This document shows positions 1-11,889 of a stretch of 64,000 bases of DNA, piece after piece (position 1 is the first letter of the stretch; every line of letters starts with the position of its first letter). The notes under the pieces are model-generated. The model saw nothing but the letters and a program-made list of their open reading frames with translations, had not been told where the DNA came from and did not search any database. The DNA lies in the NCBI RefSeq assembly GCF_963921235.1, contig NC_086097.1, positions 149,298,001 through 149,362,000 of the forward strand, given 5' to 3'. The stretch comes from Mobula hypostoma (Eukaryota). The position numbers and the translations under genes were made by a program.

Positions 1-1925
1 CAACAAGGCAATGATCTGAAAGACATGAGTAAATCAACAACAGAATGGTTTAAAAAAAAAGAAAATTTGTGTTTTGGAATGGCAAAGTCAAGGTCCTGAT
101 CTTAATCCTATAGAAATGTTGTGGAAGGACCTGAAACAAGCAGTTCATGCAAGGAAGCCTACCAACATCTCAGAGTTGAAGCAGTTTTGTAAGGAAGAAT
201 GGCCTAAAATTTGTCCAGGTTACCAGAAATAAGAGAAAATTTACAGATGCTGGAAATCCGAGCAACACAAACAAAATGCTGAAGGAACTCAGCAGGCCAG
301 ACAGTATCTGTGGAAAAAAATACAGTTGATGGGTTTCAGGCGGAAACCCTTTGGCAGGACTGGAGAAAAAAAGCTGAGGTGTGGGTTTGAAAGATGGAAG
401 GAGGGGAGAGAGAAACAGGCAATAGGTAAAACCTAGAGAGGGAGGGATGAAGCAAAGAGCTAGGAAGTTGATTGGTGAAAGAGACAGAAGGCCATGAAAG
501 AAAGAAGAAAGAGGAGGGAGCACCAGAGGAAAGTGATGGGTGAGCAAGGAGATAACATGAGAGAGGGGATGGGAAGTGGTGAAGGGGGAGCAGGTGGTGG
601 AGGCATTACTGGAAGTTTGAGAAGTTGATGTTCATGCCGTCAGGTTGGAGGCTACCTAAACAGAACATAAGGTATTGTTCCTCCAACCCTAAGTATGGCC
701 TTATCCCGACAGTGGATGGACATATCAGAATGGGAATGGGAAGTGGAATTAAAATGGGTGGCCCCTGGGAGATCCTGCTTGTTCTGGCAGATGGAGCGTA
801 GGTGTTTGACGAAGCTGTCTCCCAATCTACGTAGGGGCTCACCGATACACTGGAGGCCACACTGGGAGCACCGAATACAGTATATGACCCCCAACAGACT
901 CACAGGTGAAGTGTCGCCTCATCTGGAAGGACTGTCTGGGGCCCTGAATGGTAGTGAGAGAGGAGGTGTACAGGCAGTGAAGCACTTGTTTTACAAGGGG
1001 CCACACTGGGAGCACCGAACACAGTGTATCACCAAGCACGAGGAAATCTGCAGAGCTGGAATTTCAAGCAACACACATAAAAATTGCTGGTGAACACAGC
1101 AGGCCAGGCAGCATCTATAGGAAGAGGTACAGTCGACGTATCGGGCCAAGATCCTTCGTCAGGACGAACTGAAAGAAGATATAGTAAGAGATTTGAAAGT
1201 GGGAGGGGGAGGGGTGATCTGAAATGATAGGAGAAGACAGGAGGGGGAAGGGATGGAGCTAAGAGCTGGAAAGTTGATTGGCAAAAGGGATATGAGGGGT
1301 TCATGGGACGGATGGGAGGCCTAGGGAGAAAGAAAGGGGGAGGGGGGAAGCCCAGAGGATGGGCAAGGAGTATAGTGAGAAGGACAGAGGAAGAAAAAGG
1401 AGAGAGAAAAAAAATATTATAATAAAAGATAAATAAATAACGGATGAGGTACGAAGGGGGAGGTGGGGCATTAGCGGAAGTTAGGGAAGTCAATGTTCAT
1501 GCCATCAGGTTGGAGGCTACCCAGACGGAATATCAGGTGTTGTTCCTCCAACCTGAGTGTCGCTTCATCTTGACAATAGAGGAGGCCATGGATAGCCATA
1601 TCAGAATGGGAATGGGATGTGGAATTAAAATGTGTGTTACCAGTATATTACCAGAAATGTTTGGTTGAAGTTATTGCTGTACAAGGGGGTCACACCAGTT
1701 ACTGAAAGCAAAGGTTCACACACTTTTTCCAGCAAATACATGTAATTTTGGATCATTTTTCTCAAAAAATAAATGAACAAGTGTAATGTTTTTTGTTTTA
1801 TTTATTTAATTTGGTTCTCTTTATCTAGTTTTAGGACTTGCATGAAGATATGATCACATTTTAGGTCATATTTAAGCAGAAATGGAGGAAATTCTGCAGG
1901 GTTCACAAACTTTCTAGCACCACAG
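1..1925 (+). mobile_element. Tc1/mariner transposon remnant (3' part of transposase plus right terminal repeat), interrupted at 231-1647
   Basis: 1-215 reads, with a frameshift, QQGND...[49 protein letters not shown] (Tc1 DD34E region). It resumes near 1650 with YQKCLVEVIAVQGGHTSY*. Direct repeats ggttcaca..cttt occur near 1713 and 1900, and TA follows at 1926-1927. Confidence 0.88.
231..1647 (-). mobile_element. Composite Penelope-like element insertion (two pLTR plus GIY-YIG pieces)
   Basis: Minus-strand ORFs encode GVIYCIRCSQCGLQCIGE..RRLGDSFVKHLRSI (GIY-YIG endonuclease) and LEEQ.L.F.LGSLQPDGMN. Flanked by an 11-bp TSD, ttaccagaaat, at 220-230 and 1648-1658. Confidence 0.88.
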
Positions 1926-2049
1926 TACTATATTGTTAGCTGGGTCACTTGACAGCTATTACCTCAGGGCGGTTGTACTTAATTTCACAACCTCTCATGG
2001 TAAGCACCCCACAAAACATTACTGTGGTTCACCTGCACCATTTCGAATA

Positions 2050-4670
2050 TCTTTAACTTTCAGGCAAGCAGGTGTGGGACCTTTTAAGTGGACGAAGTTT
2101 CATCACCTTGGCCAGGATTGAGGCAGGAGTGGAGACTTCAAGCCAGACATAAACACGGGAATGAGGCCCCCTCTACCCAGTATCATGTTAGCAAATGTGC
2201 AATCACTGGAGAACAGGATTGAGGGCCTGAGGGCAGGATTACTGTATTGAAGGGAAATGAGAAATTGTTGTGCTCTGTTTTAATGAGGCATGGCTACACA
2301 TTGCATGCCATATTTGGCAATCGGTCCCAAGGGGTTCTTAATACACACAACGGACCTAACTGCTGATTCAGAAAAGGTAAAATGTTGGGGGGGGGAGGGG
2401 GTGTTTCATGATAAAATCTGTGTGCTCCAATTTGACAGTTTTGTCATATTTGTGTACCCCTGACCCAGAACACACAATGATCAAGTACCGACCATTCTAT
2501 TTACCAAGAGAGTTCTCCTCTGTCATCCTGATCGCATATTTCACATAGCACCATTGGATGACTGTAATCAGCCACTTGAAAAACTGCATGCTGCAGTCGG
2601 CAAAGAAGAATACACCATGGTTATCATGAACTTTGTTTTTAAAAAAAAAACAGTTGTAGACAAGCGTGTCCCCACAAAATCATTGAGTCTTCCCAACCAG
2701 AAACTCTGCATGAACCAGGAGATCTGCAATCAGCTAAGGAGCAGATGAGAGGCATTCAGGTCTGGCGACCAAGTAAGATGCAAGATGATCAGGTGCAATC
2801 TCCAGAAAGCCATCTCATGGTTAAATTGGCAATTCCAGACTAATCTTGAATTAATGAAGGATGCTTGATAGCTGTGGTAGGGCTTGAATGCTCTTACAAA
2901 GTGAAATCAAGCGACATAGGTGAAACAGGGTTTCACTTCCAGATGAGTTCCATGCCTTCTATGCTCACTTTGACCATCAAAACATGGAAGAACCTTCATG
3001 AACTCCCACAACCCCATTTGACCCTGTGATTTCAATCTCTGAGGTTGCCATGAGAGCATCCTTCAGGAGGGTGAACCCACAGAAAGCATCTGGCCCAGAT
3101 GTATTACCTGGCCAAGTATAAAGACCAGTGCTGATCAACTGCTTGGAGTGTTTACCAATATCATTAACCTCATGCTCCGGCAGTCTGAGGTATCCACTTG
3201 CTTCAAGCAGGCCTCAATCATACCGGTGCCTAAGAAGAACGTAGTAACCTGCCTCAACGACTTTCGTCCAGTGGCACTTACATCCACTGTGATGAAGTGT
3301 TTTGAGAGGTTGGTGATGAAACATGTCAACTCTTGCTTGAGAAGTGACTTACATCCACTATAGATGGCTACAGGCAAAACAGGTCCACAGCAGATGCCAT
3401 TTCATTAGCTCTTCATTCAACCCTGGAGTATCTGGACACCGTACATTTTTATCATCTACAGCTCAGCAGTCAACACTATCATTCCCTCAAGATTAATCAA
3501 TAAGCTTCAAGACCTTGGCCTCAGTACCTCCTTGTGCAATTGGATCCTTGATTTCCTCACTTGCAGATTCCAGTCAGTTTGGCTTGGCCCAGCAGCTCCT
3601 CTACAATATCCATCAGCACGGGTGCACCACAGTGCTGTGTGCTTAGCCCCCGCTGTACTTGCTTTATATTTATGACTTTGTAGCTAAGCACAGCTCCAAT
3701 GCCATATTTGAGTTTGCTGACGACATCACTGTCATTAGCTGAATCAAATGTGGTGATGAATTAGCATATAAGACGGAGATTGAAAGTCTGGCTGAGTGGT
3801 GCCACAACAACAACCTCTTGTTCAACGTCAGCAAGGCAAAGTAGCTGATTATTGACTTCAGGAGGAGGACATTGGTGGTCCATGATCCAGTCCTTATCAG
3901 GGGATCAAAGGCGGAGAGGGCCAGCAACTTTAAATTCCTCAGTGTTATCATTTCAGAGGACCTGTCTTGGGCCCAGCACTTAATTGCAATTACAAAGAAG
4001 GCACGGCAACACCTCTACTTCCTTAGAAGTTTGCAAAGATTCAGCATGACATCTAAAACCTTTCAAACTTCTATAGATGTGTATTGGAGTATATATTGAC
4101 TAGTTGCATCACAGCCTGGTTTGGAAACACCAATGCCGTTGAACGGAAAATCCTACAAAAAGTAGTGGCTATTGCCCAGTCCATCACGGTAAACCTCTCA
4201 CCTCCATTGAGCACATCTACATGGGGCACTGTCACAGGAAAGCGGCATCCATCATCAGGGACCTCCACCGCTCAAGTCATACTCTCTTCTCACTGCTGCC
4301 ATCAGGAACAAAGTACAGGAGCATCAGGACTCACTACCAGGTTCAGAAACAGCTATTACCCCTCAAACATCAGGCTGTTGAACCAGTGGGTATAACTTCA
4401 TTCAACTTCACTTGCCCCATCACAGAATTGCTCGCACAACCTATAGACTTGTGTTCAAGGACTCTTCATCTCATGTTCTGGATAGTTACTTCTTATTTAT
4501 TTTCTTTTTTCTTTTTTGTTCTTTTGCACATTGGTTGTCCATCCTGTTGGGTGTTGTTTTTCATTGATTCTATTATGGTGTTTGGATTTACGGATTATGC
4601 CTGCAAGAAAACAAATCTCAGGGTTGTGTATGTAGACATGCATGTCCTTTGATAATAAATTTACCTTGAG
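2050..4670 (+). mobile_element. Rex1/Babar-like LINE, decayed and internally deleted
   Basis: Fragments [69 protein letters not shown] and ILTSCITAWFGN. The 3' UTR ends near aataaatttaccttg. Confidence 0.88.
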
Positions 4671-4721
4671 CTTTCATTGCAGGATGAGGAAAAGAGCAAC
4701 TCATTTTCTCATTCTAGGACT

Positions 4722-6990
4722 TCACAGTGGAGCAGCTCGTAGAGCTGCTGCCTCCCAGCTCTAGAGTTCTGGATTCAATCCTGACCTCGGATGCAGTCGT
4801 CTGGTTTGCATGGTCTCCCTATCACAACATCAGTACCTCCCTGACGTCGTCGCAGCAAGAAGTGTGGTCAATGCTTGTCATGCCGAACTTGGAAGGAGCG
4901 AAACAGAAGAGCTAAGAGACAAGTTCCAGACAGCAAAGAAGAATCTCTTTGCCATCTACAATCGACTGAAGGAAGAAGAACTAGCTGAGAGGATTAGAGA
5001 GGTAGAAGCTGCTAATGAAGACAAGCAGCATGCAGAAGCATAGTTGACGAGATCAGCAGACAGAATAAGTCCCCATCAGGTCAAATAAGTGGTAAAACAG
5101 CAGAGGACTGTGTCCAGACATGGCTTACCCACTTTAAGAACCTACTGGGAAACCCTCCAACCATCACGGAAGAAGAGGACATACCCACGATACTAACACA
5201 AGTCAACATCAATGACGGCCCATTCACCATTGAGGAACTGAAGAAGGCCAAATATGCACTCAAACAGGGCAGGAGCGCTGGACCAGATGGGATACCACCA
5301 GATGTCCTGAAGAACTGCGACCTGGACATAATCTTGCTGGACATATGTATACAGCACTGATGAAAGGCGACAAACCAGAACGGTGGTCACTCTCAAACAT
5401 TATCCTAGTCCCGAAGTCTGGATCCCTCACAAAGACAGATAACTACCGCGGTATCAGCTTGACCTGCATCTTAGCAAAGCAAAACAATCGGATAATCTTG
5501 AAAAGGATTCGCACCGCCATTGACCCTAAACTAAGATTCGATCCGAATGGTTTTCAGTAGAAGCGCACAACAGTAATGCAAATACTTGGTCTCTGTAGAA
5601 TCATCAAGGAAGTCAAGAAGAACAACCTACCAACCGTGCTTACTTACATTGATTTTTGTAAAGCTTTTGACTCCATTCACCAAGGTAAAATGCTGAAGAT
5701 CCTGAAAGCTTACGGAGTGCCAGCCTGTCTACTGAGAGCAATAGAGTCTAGCTATACCACAACCATGCGGAAGTTGTATCACCAGACGGAGAAACAGCAG
5801 TGTTCGAGCTCCTAGCTGGTGTGCTGCAAGGAGACACTTGACACCCTACATCTTTATAATCGTCCTTGATTACGCTCTACATCAAACTACCAAAGATCAT
5901 GACAAGCTTGGTTTTACCATAAAACCAGGACGAACCGAAAAGGTCAGACCAGTTACGCTCACAGATCTCGATTTTGCAGATGACATAGTCCTGCTCTCTG
6001 ACCAGATGGAGGAAGCACAGCAGCTACCGACAAAAGTGGAAATTGAGTGCAATAAAGTTGGACTTCACCTAAACACTTAAAAAGATGAGTACATGGCGTT
6101 TAACTGCGACGAAGGTACTCTCAAGACTGTAAATAATTATACTATTAAGACAGTCTTTGACTACAAGTACCTCGGGTCAGGAATGATGAGTTTGGAGAAG
6201 AACATAAAGATACGGAAGGCACTGGAGGGCTATGAATGACATGAAGGAAGTCTGGAAGTGGATCCTGACCAGAAGGCTTAAAAAGAGGATCTTCATAGTA
6301 GTCATAGAGTCCATTCTCACGTACGGATGCGAGACATGGACACTCAGCAAGTCTATGCGAAAGTCTGTAGATGGTTGCTATACACGAATGCTCCTGATGG
6401 CTCTTGATGTGAGTTGGCAACAGCATATGACGAACGTTGAGCTCTATGACGACCTACTGAGGCGAGAAGACTGCAACTATTGGGGCACTGTCTACACCAT
6501 CCCGAGCTACCTGCCAGCCTAGTCATCATATGGGAGCCCAAGCATGGGAGGATGAACCCTGGGCGCCCTCCCAAGACTATGTCAATACGCTCCTAGAAGA
6601 CAGCGGCGCGGCTAATGTAGATGAACTAAACACAATGATGATGGAGAGGGAGAAGTGGAGAGTCCGTCATCGTGCCTGACGCCGGCACCTTAGGCCTGAG
6701 TAGTAGGAGGAGGAGGAGGAGAAGGAGTAGTATTTCCCATGTCCTCCAGTTACTTCCCACTTCCCATAGATTAGTATGGGGGGTTGAAAATTGTCCAATA
6801 TATGTGATTGAGTGATAGAATCTGGTTGTAGTTGTTGCAACTATAGGAAGAATGAACTAAGAATTCTTGTTGGAATATGGGGGAATAAAAATGGGATTAA
6901 TGTAAAATTTGTATAAGTTGAAAAATAGGCAGTTGATGGGTCAGCCATAGACTAGGTGGACCAGAGTCATAGAACAATAAAACTAATAGG
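4722..6990 (+). mobile_element. tRNA-derived SINE (V-SINE/HE1-like) split by an RTE insertion
   Basis: The head at 4722-4819 has A/B-box-like sequence (gtggagcagctcgtagagc...ggattcaatcct). The central part resumes near 6733 (tttcccatgtcctccagttacttcccac). Confidence 0.6.
4820..6732 (+). mobile_element. RTE-clade LINE, 5'-truncated and frameshifted
   Basis: NYRGISLTCILAK, YIDFCKAFDSIH, GVLQGDT, LDFADDIVLLS and YGCETWTL motifs, with a (GTA/GGA)n 3' tail at about 6698-6732. Confidence 0.9.
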
Positions 6991-8900
6991 CCCTTCGGTT
7001 CAGTGAGTCCACACCAATCATAGTGACTATCCTTCGAGTTGTAATTTCCTGTGTTTGGCACATGTCCCTTTAAGTCCCATCCTCCCTTGTATCTCTCCAA
7101 GTGCTTCCTGTTGCACCTGCCTCAACCACTTCCTCTGGTAGCTTGTTCCATATAATCACCACCCTCAAAGACAACAAATTTCAAAACACATGCAGGTGAT
7201 AATAAACCTGATTCTGACCCTCTGCGTGAAAATGTTTTCCTCTCAAATCCTTTTTAAAGCTTTCTCCTATCATCCTAAATCTATGACCTCTGGTTTTGGA
7301 CTGTCCTACCCTGCAGAAAAGATTACTACCATCCACCTTATCTACGCTGCTCATTACTTTATAAGGCAACATCTCATTCTTCCTTGTTCTATGAATGAAG
7401 ACCTGCCCTGGTCAACCTCTCCCTATAATTCAGGCTGTCTAGTACTGGCCACATCCTTGTAAACCACAAACATGAAATGGATCCTGATGAAAGATCTCGG
7501 CTCAAAACATCGGCTGTTTATTCAATTCCGTAGATACTGCCTGACCTGCTGAGTTCCTCCAGCATTTGTGTGATTTGCCTTGAACATCCTTGTAAATCTT
7601 TTCTGTACTTGTTCCAGTTTAACCACATCTTTTGGTTAACAGGGTGAATAAGACCTGTCAGCTTAAACCAGTCTGGCCATTTTCCTCTAACTCCTCATTA
7701 GCAAGGTGTTTTCGCCCATAGAACTGCAACTCACTGGATGTTTTTGTCTTTTGCACCATTCTCTGTAAACTTTAGAGACTGTTGCAGATCAGCAGTTTCT
7801 GAGATTCTCAAACCACACTTTCTGGTACCAACTATCATTTCATGGTCAGGGTCACTTAGTTCACATTTCTCCCTATTCTGATGCTTGGTCTCGATAGCAA
7901 CTCTATTTCTTGACCATGTCTGCATGTTTTATGGATTGATTTGCTGCCACATGATTGGCTGATTAGATATTTGCATTAACGAACAGGTGTGGAGGTGTAC
8001 CCAATAAAGTGGCCACTGAGTGTTAGGCCTATGCTGGTTTGACTTTACCAAATGCATCACTGCATACTTTTTTGTATTGGAATCTATTTGCCACTCAATG
8101 GACTCTCCTAAGTGATCAAAATTCCCCTGTAATTTATGGTAGCTTTCTTCACTATCAACACTTTCTGATTTTCTGTCAACTGCAGACTTACTGATCAAGC
8201 CTTGTGTATTCGCATCCAAAACATTTGTATAAATAACGTATAATAAGGGTTTCAACACCAACCTCTGTGGCACGCCACTAGGCACTGGTTTCCATTCTAA
8301 GAAACAACTTTCAACTATCTCTCTCTTTTGAATCTATCTGCTAGTTCCCCTAGATTCCATGGGACCTAACCTTCCACAACTGCTGAACATGTTGGACCTT
8401 CCTGAAGGCCTTGAAAGCCCAAATAGGCAGCATCTACTGCCCTACTCTTATCTACCCTTTTGGTTACCTCTTCGAAAAACACTAAAAGATCCATCAGCAT
8501 AACTTTGCACACACTGAGCAATGCTGCCTCCTCTTATTCAAACTCTTTCTATCCAAATGCTGCTAGATCCTATCCCTTGGAATTCCTTCCAGTACCTTTC
8601 CCACTACTAACATCAGGCTTACAAGCCTGTAGTTCCCTGGCTTGTCCTTGCTACCTTCCTAAACAACGGGACAACATCAGCCATCTTCCAGAACTTCAGT
8701 AGCCAATGGTGAGGCAAACACCTCAACCTCCCACAAAGTATGAGGATACATGCAATCAGTTTCTGTGGATTTATCCTCCTTAATGTGCTGGTAATGCCTG
8801 TATCCATGGATCTCTTTCCGTGCTGAATGTCACTGACCCTGAGCTCAAACTGTGTGATGGTTAAGAAGGCCTTTAAGATCCCTGTCATGATTGCAGGTTG
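6965..8900 (-). mobile_element. CR1 LINE fragments, interrupted by PLE and Tc1 pieces
   Basis: Minus ORFs contain SGVPQRLVL.PLLYVIY, WKMADVVPLFRK and GQSKTRGHRF. Confidence 0.75.
7661..8022 (-). mobile_element. Tc1-like non-autonomous remnant (left end plus HTH start)
   Basis: Minus ORF reads CELSDPDHEMIVGTRKCGLRISETADL (Tc1 N-terminal HTH-like). Terminus ...aataaagtggccactgagtg. Confidence 0.75.
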
Positions 8901-9089
8901 AACAGTCCATTCTCTTCAGTGTCCTAATTAATGTTCCTTTATCTTATTATAATAATAAAGCAGAGTAAGCCACTAGTGAGAGAAAATCCTGAAACGTTGA
9001 CTGCACTTTTCTCCATAGATACTGCCTGGCCTGCTGAGCTCCTCCAGCATTTTGTGTGTGTGTAAACCACAAATAACTTGTCTTTTTTT

Positions 9090-10860
9090 AGAGCGTTGCT
9101 CAAATTGAAATTGTTGCACTTGGAGTACTATGTCCACTTTTGATCACTGTTATAGGAAAGGTGTGGCTAAACTGTAGAGGGTGCAGAATAGATTTAAGGA
9201 TTTTACCAGACTAGAAGGTTGGAGTTACATGGAGAGGTTGGCCAGTCCAAGTCTTTATTCCTTGGAACATAGGAAAATGAGAGGTAACCTCATATAAATG
9301 TTTAAAATTATGAGAGGCCTAGATGAGATGGACAGTAACCGCCTAGGGCAGTCCAAAACTAGGGAGCATAGGTTTAGGGTGAGAGCAAAGATTTGAAAGG
9401 AACCTTTTCACGCAGAGGATAGTGGGTATGTGGAACAAGCTGTCAGAGGAAATGCTTGAAATAGGGCAATAGTCTATATACTACTAAAAGTCTCTGTTTG
9501 TCTGTCTGTTTGTGACCTCCAATTAGCGCAAACAGTGCATTGCAGCTGCACTTTTTTTGGTTAAATTGATTTAAAATGTGCTAACTTACAGAATGCAGGC
9601 AAAATTCAGGGTTGTATATTCGTATAAAATTGCTCATTCGCTAAAATCAACAGGCTCACTTTCACCCGAGAACTGATCCGCCATCATGGAAATCTGGACG
9701 CGACAGCCCAATGCATGCGCACGGCCAGCCTCAGCAGCGCCACCTACCGGAGCAAAAGGGCAGGGCAGCTCTATTTCGAGGGGTCACATTCTGCTAATCA
9801 CCATCAGCATGTGCAGGATTGGGACAGATTGAACTGCCACCCATCAGTAAGAGATAACTAAATCTTATTGTAATGACGTACTTCGAGACACCATAAAACC
9901 CTTTGCTGCAGTCAAAGGACAGCAGTGACTATATCACGTCCATTTAGGAGAGCGCCAATCACATCATCAAGAGTAATCAGCATCCTTTGGTGTTACTGCT
10001 TGGTACCTTCTATCCAGCATTATGGTAAAAAAAAAAGGTCAGCCTAATTATGTCGCCTGGAAAGGGAAGAGGGACACGAGATGACGCCAAACGTCATTGG
10101 GAGGCCGCAAGGAGAGGGAGAGAACTGGGCCGCATGACTCCAGGATCAAAGAGAACAAAAAAAATGAGAGAAGAAGAGACAGAGAAGGAGAGGCATGCAC
10201 ATCTCCAGGATCAGAGACAAACAACAAACAGCAGAAGAGATGAAGAGACGGGGAATGAAAGGGCTGCACATCTCCAGAATGACAAAATGACAAAAACAGG
10301 CACAGAAGGAGGAGAGAAGAAGAGACAAAGGAGCTGAGAAATGCACGTCTCCAGGATCAGAAACAAAGAACAAACAGCAGAAGAGATGAAGAGACGGCGG
10401 GGAGGGGGGGTGAAAGGACTACACGTCTCCAGAATGACAAGAGGCACAGGGTGGCAGGTAAACCAGAAGTTTACCAGTAAACCAGAAGTGCCATCAGAAG
10501 TGTCCTTCGTTAAATGAGGAGGAGCTACATTTGCTTTGCTATGCATCGTTCTTCTTTAATAAACTGAGGTTTTCTACTTCAGTTTCCAAAGCAAAGCGAT
10601 ACCAATAGCATTCAGGAAAATTTAATGTTCATTCTGGTCACATCAGACTGCACTACCCTTCTCTCAAAGGGTGCCCCAATGGGTCACCCCGTTGTCCAGT
10701 ATCTTTTAAGGAGCACTTAGAGAGATGCATAGATACATGGAGGTGTGGGCCTTTGATGGATATGGGTTGAGCACAGGATATTAGTGCTGGCTGGGTGGGC
10801 ACCGAAGTCAGTGTGGACTTGTTGACCAAAAGGTCTGTATCTATGCTATATTGCTCTGAG
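9090..10860 (+). mobile_element. CR1 3' end interrupted by a Helitron at 9473-10699
   Basis: Typical CR1 3' ORF2/UTR sequence (ttggagtactatgtccac..., ttcacgcagagg...tggaacaagctg) that is continuous across the insertion. Confidence 0.7.
9473..10699 (+). mobile_element. Non-autonomous Helitron-like element
   Basis: 5' end TCTATATACTACTAAAA. A 3' GC hairpin gggtgcccc-aat-gggtcaccc (10669-10689) lies 10 nt before CCAG|T (CTAG-like). No TSD. Contains an internal ORF remnant with 23-aa repeats. Confidence 0.75.
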
Positions 10861-10955
10861 TTTGTGGCATAGGTGTATCCTAATAAAATCCTTACTTATG
10901 TCTTGTATTCTCTAAGAACGTGCCAGATCTAATTCTTTTCATTGACTTTTAACAG

Positions 10956-11044
10956 GAACCTACACAGTGCAGTTTTATGATGGTGTGATACGGTCTCTGA
11001 AGCGAATACATGTAAAGTCAATGCCAGAAGATGCCAAAGGGCAG
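10956..11044 (+). CDS. PHF20L1: PHF20L1 coding exon (end of second Tudor domain), phase 1 to 0
   Basis: Acceptor ttttaacag|, donor |gtaagc. Translates (G)[29 protein letters not shown], nearly identical to PHF20L1 [30 protein letters not shown] as I recall it. Confidence 0.95.
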
Positions 11045-11889
11045 GTAAGCTCTTGATCATTTAGATGCCAAGGGTACTTGGAGATCATTGCTGTCTATAG
11101 ATGAGGGACATGATTCCTAAAGATTTTTGTTCATGGATTCCCATCTTGAAGTTTTGGTGTTTGAAAGAAAGACAGACTTGCAATTGCAAAGTGTATTTTG
11201 CATCCTTTTTAGGGCGTTTTAAAGCATTTAACACTCATTTTTAAAATGTGGTTTCATGTGTAATGTAGAAAATAAAGCGGTCAATTTGCACCAAATAATT
11301 TCCCACAACTAGCACCTTTATAGGTACCAAATAATTAGTTTCGGTATCATTGCTTTGGAGATAAAATAGTTTGACAGTTGTGTCTGTTTTTTGAACCTCA
11401 ACTAAATGACTATTATTTTTGTGTGCTTTTGATAATAGAAACACTCCATCATCTGTTCTCTTGTGAGAACATCCCACTATGCATGATGTGTTGGAAAATC
11501 TATGTTTGAAGATATAATTTGGGATAATTATCTTTTCAATTTAGGTTTTTACTATTTCTGACAGAGCTGCACCCCTCTTTCCACCACTCATTTCCCTTCC
11601 TGGTGCTCTTGTTCACATTTCCTGCCCATCATCACAGAGAATGTGCACTCACCAGGTTTTCAACATAGCCTGTCAATCACACACTTCTCTCTATTTTTCA
11701 TGCTATTATGGCACCTTTCTTTATCAATTTCATATGCTTTCTCTATGTTTGGGATGCCACCTAAGCTCCTGGAAAGGTGTCAGTGTTTTGATTGATCGCC
11801 ACAAAATCCAGCAGGTGTTATCCAGAAGTAAGTTTGCATTTTCATAAGAAAATGAAATACTCGTCTTCGTTTTTAAAGAAAATAATTCT

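Noticed and set aside
4722..4800. tRNA gene
   Set aside because: It is only a degenerate tRNA-derived SINE head, and I cannot build a cloverleaf from it.
10050..10337. Charged 95-aa ORF as a PHF20L1 exon
   Set aside because: It lies inside the Helitron-like element, is frameshifted, and does not resemble PHF20L1.
10176..10440. CRISPR-like array
   Set aside because: These are degenerate coding-type tandem repeats without unique spacers, in eukaryotic DNA with no cas genes.
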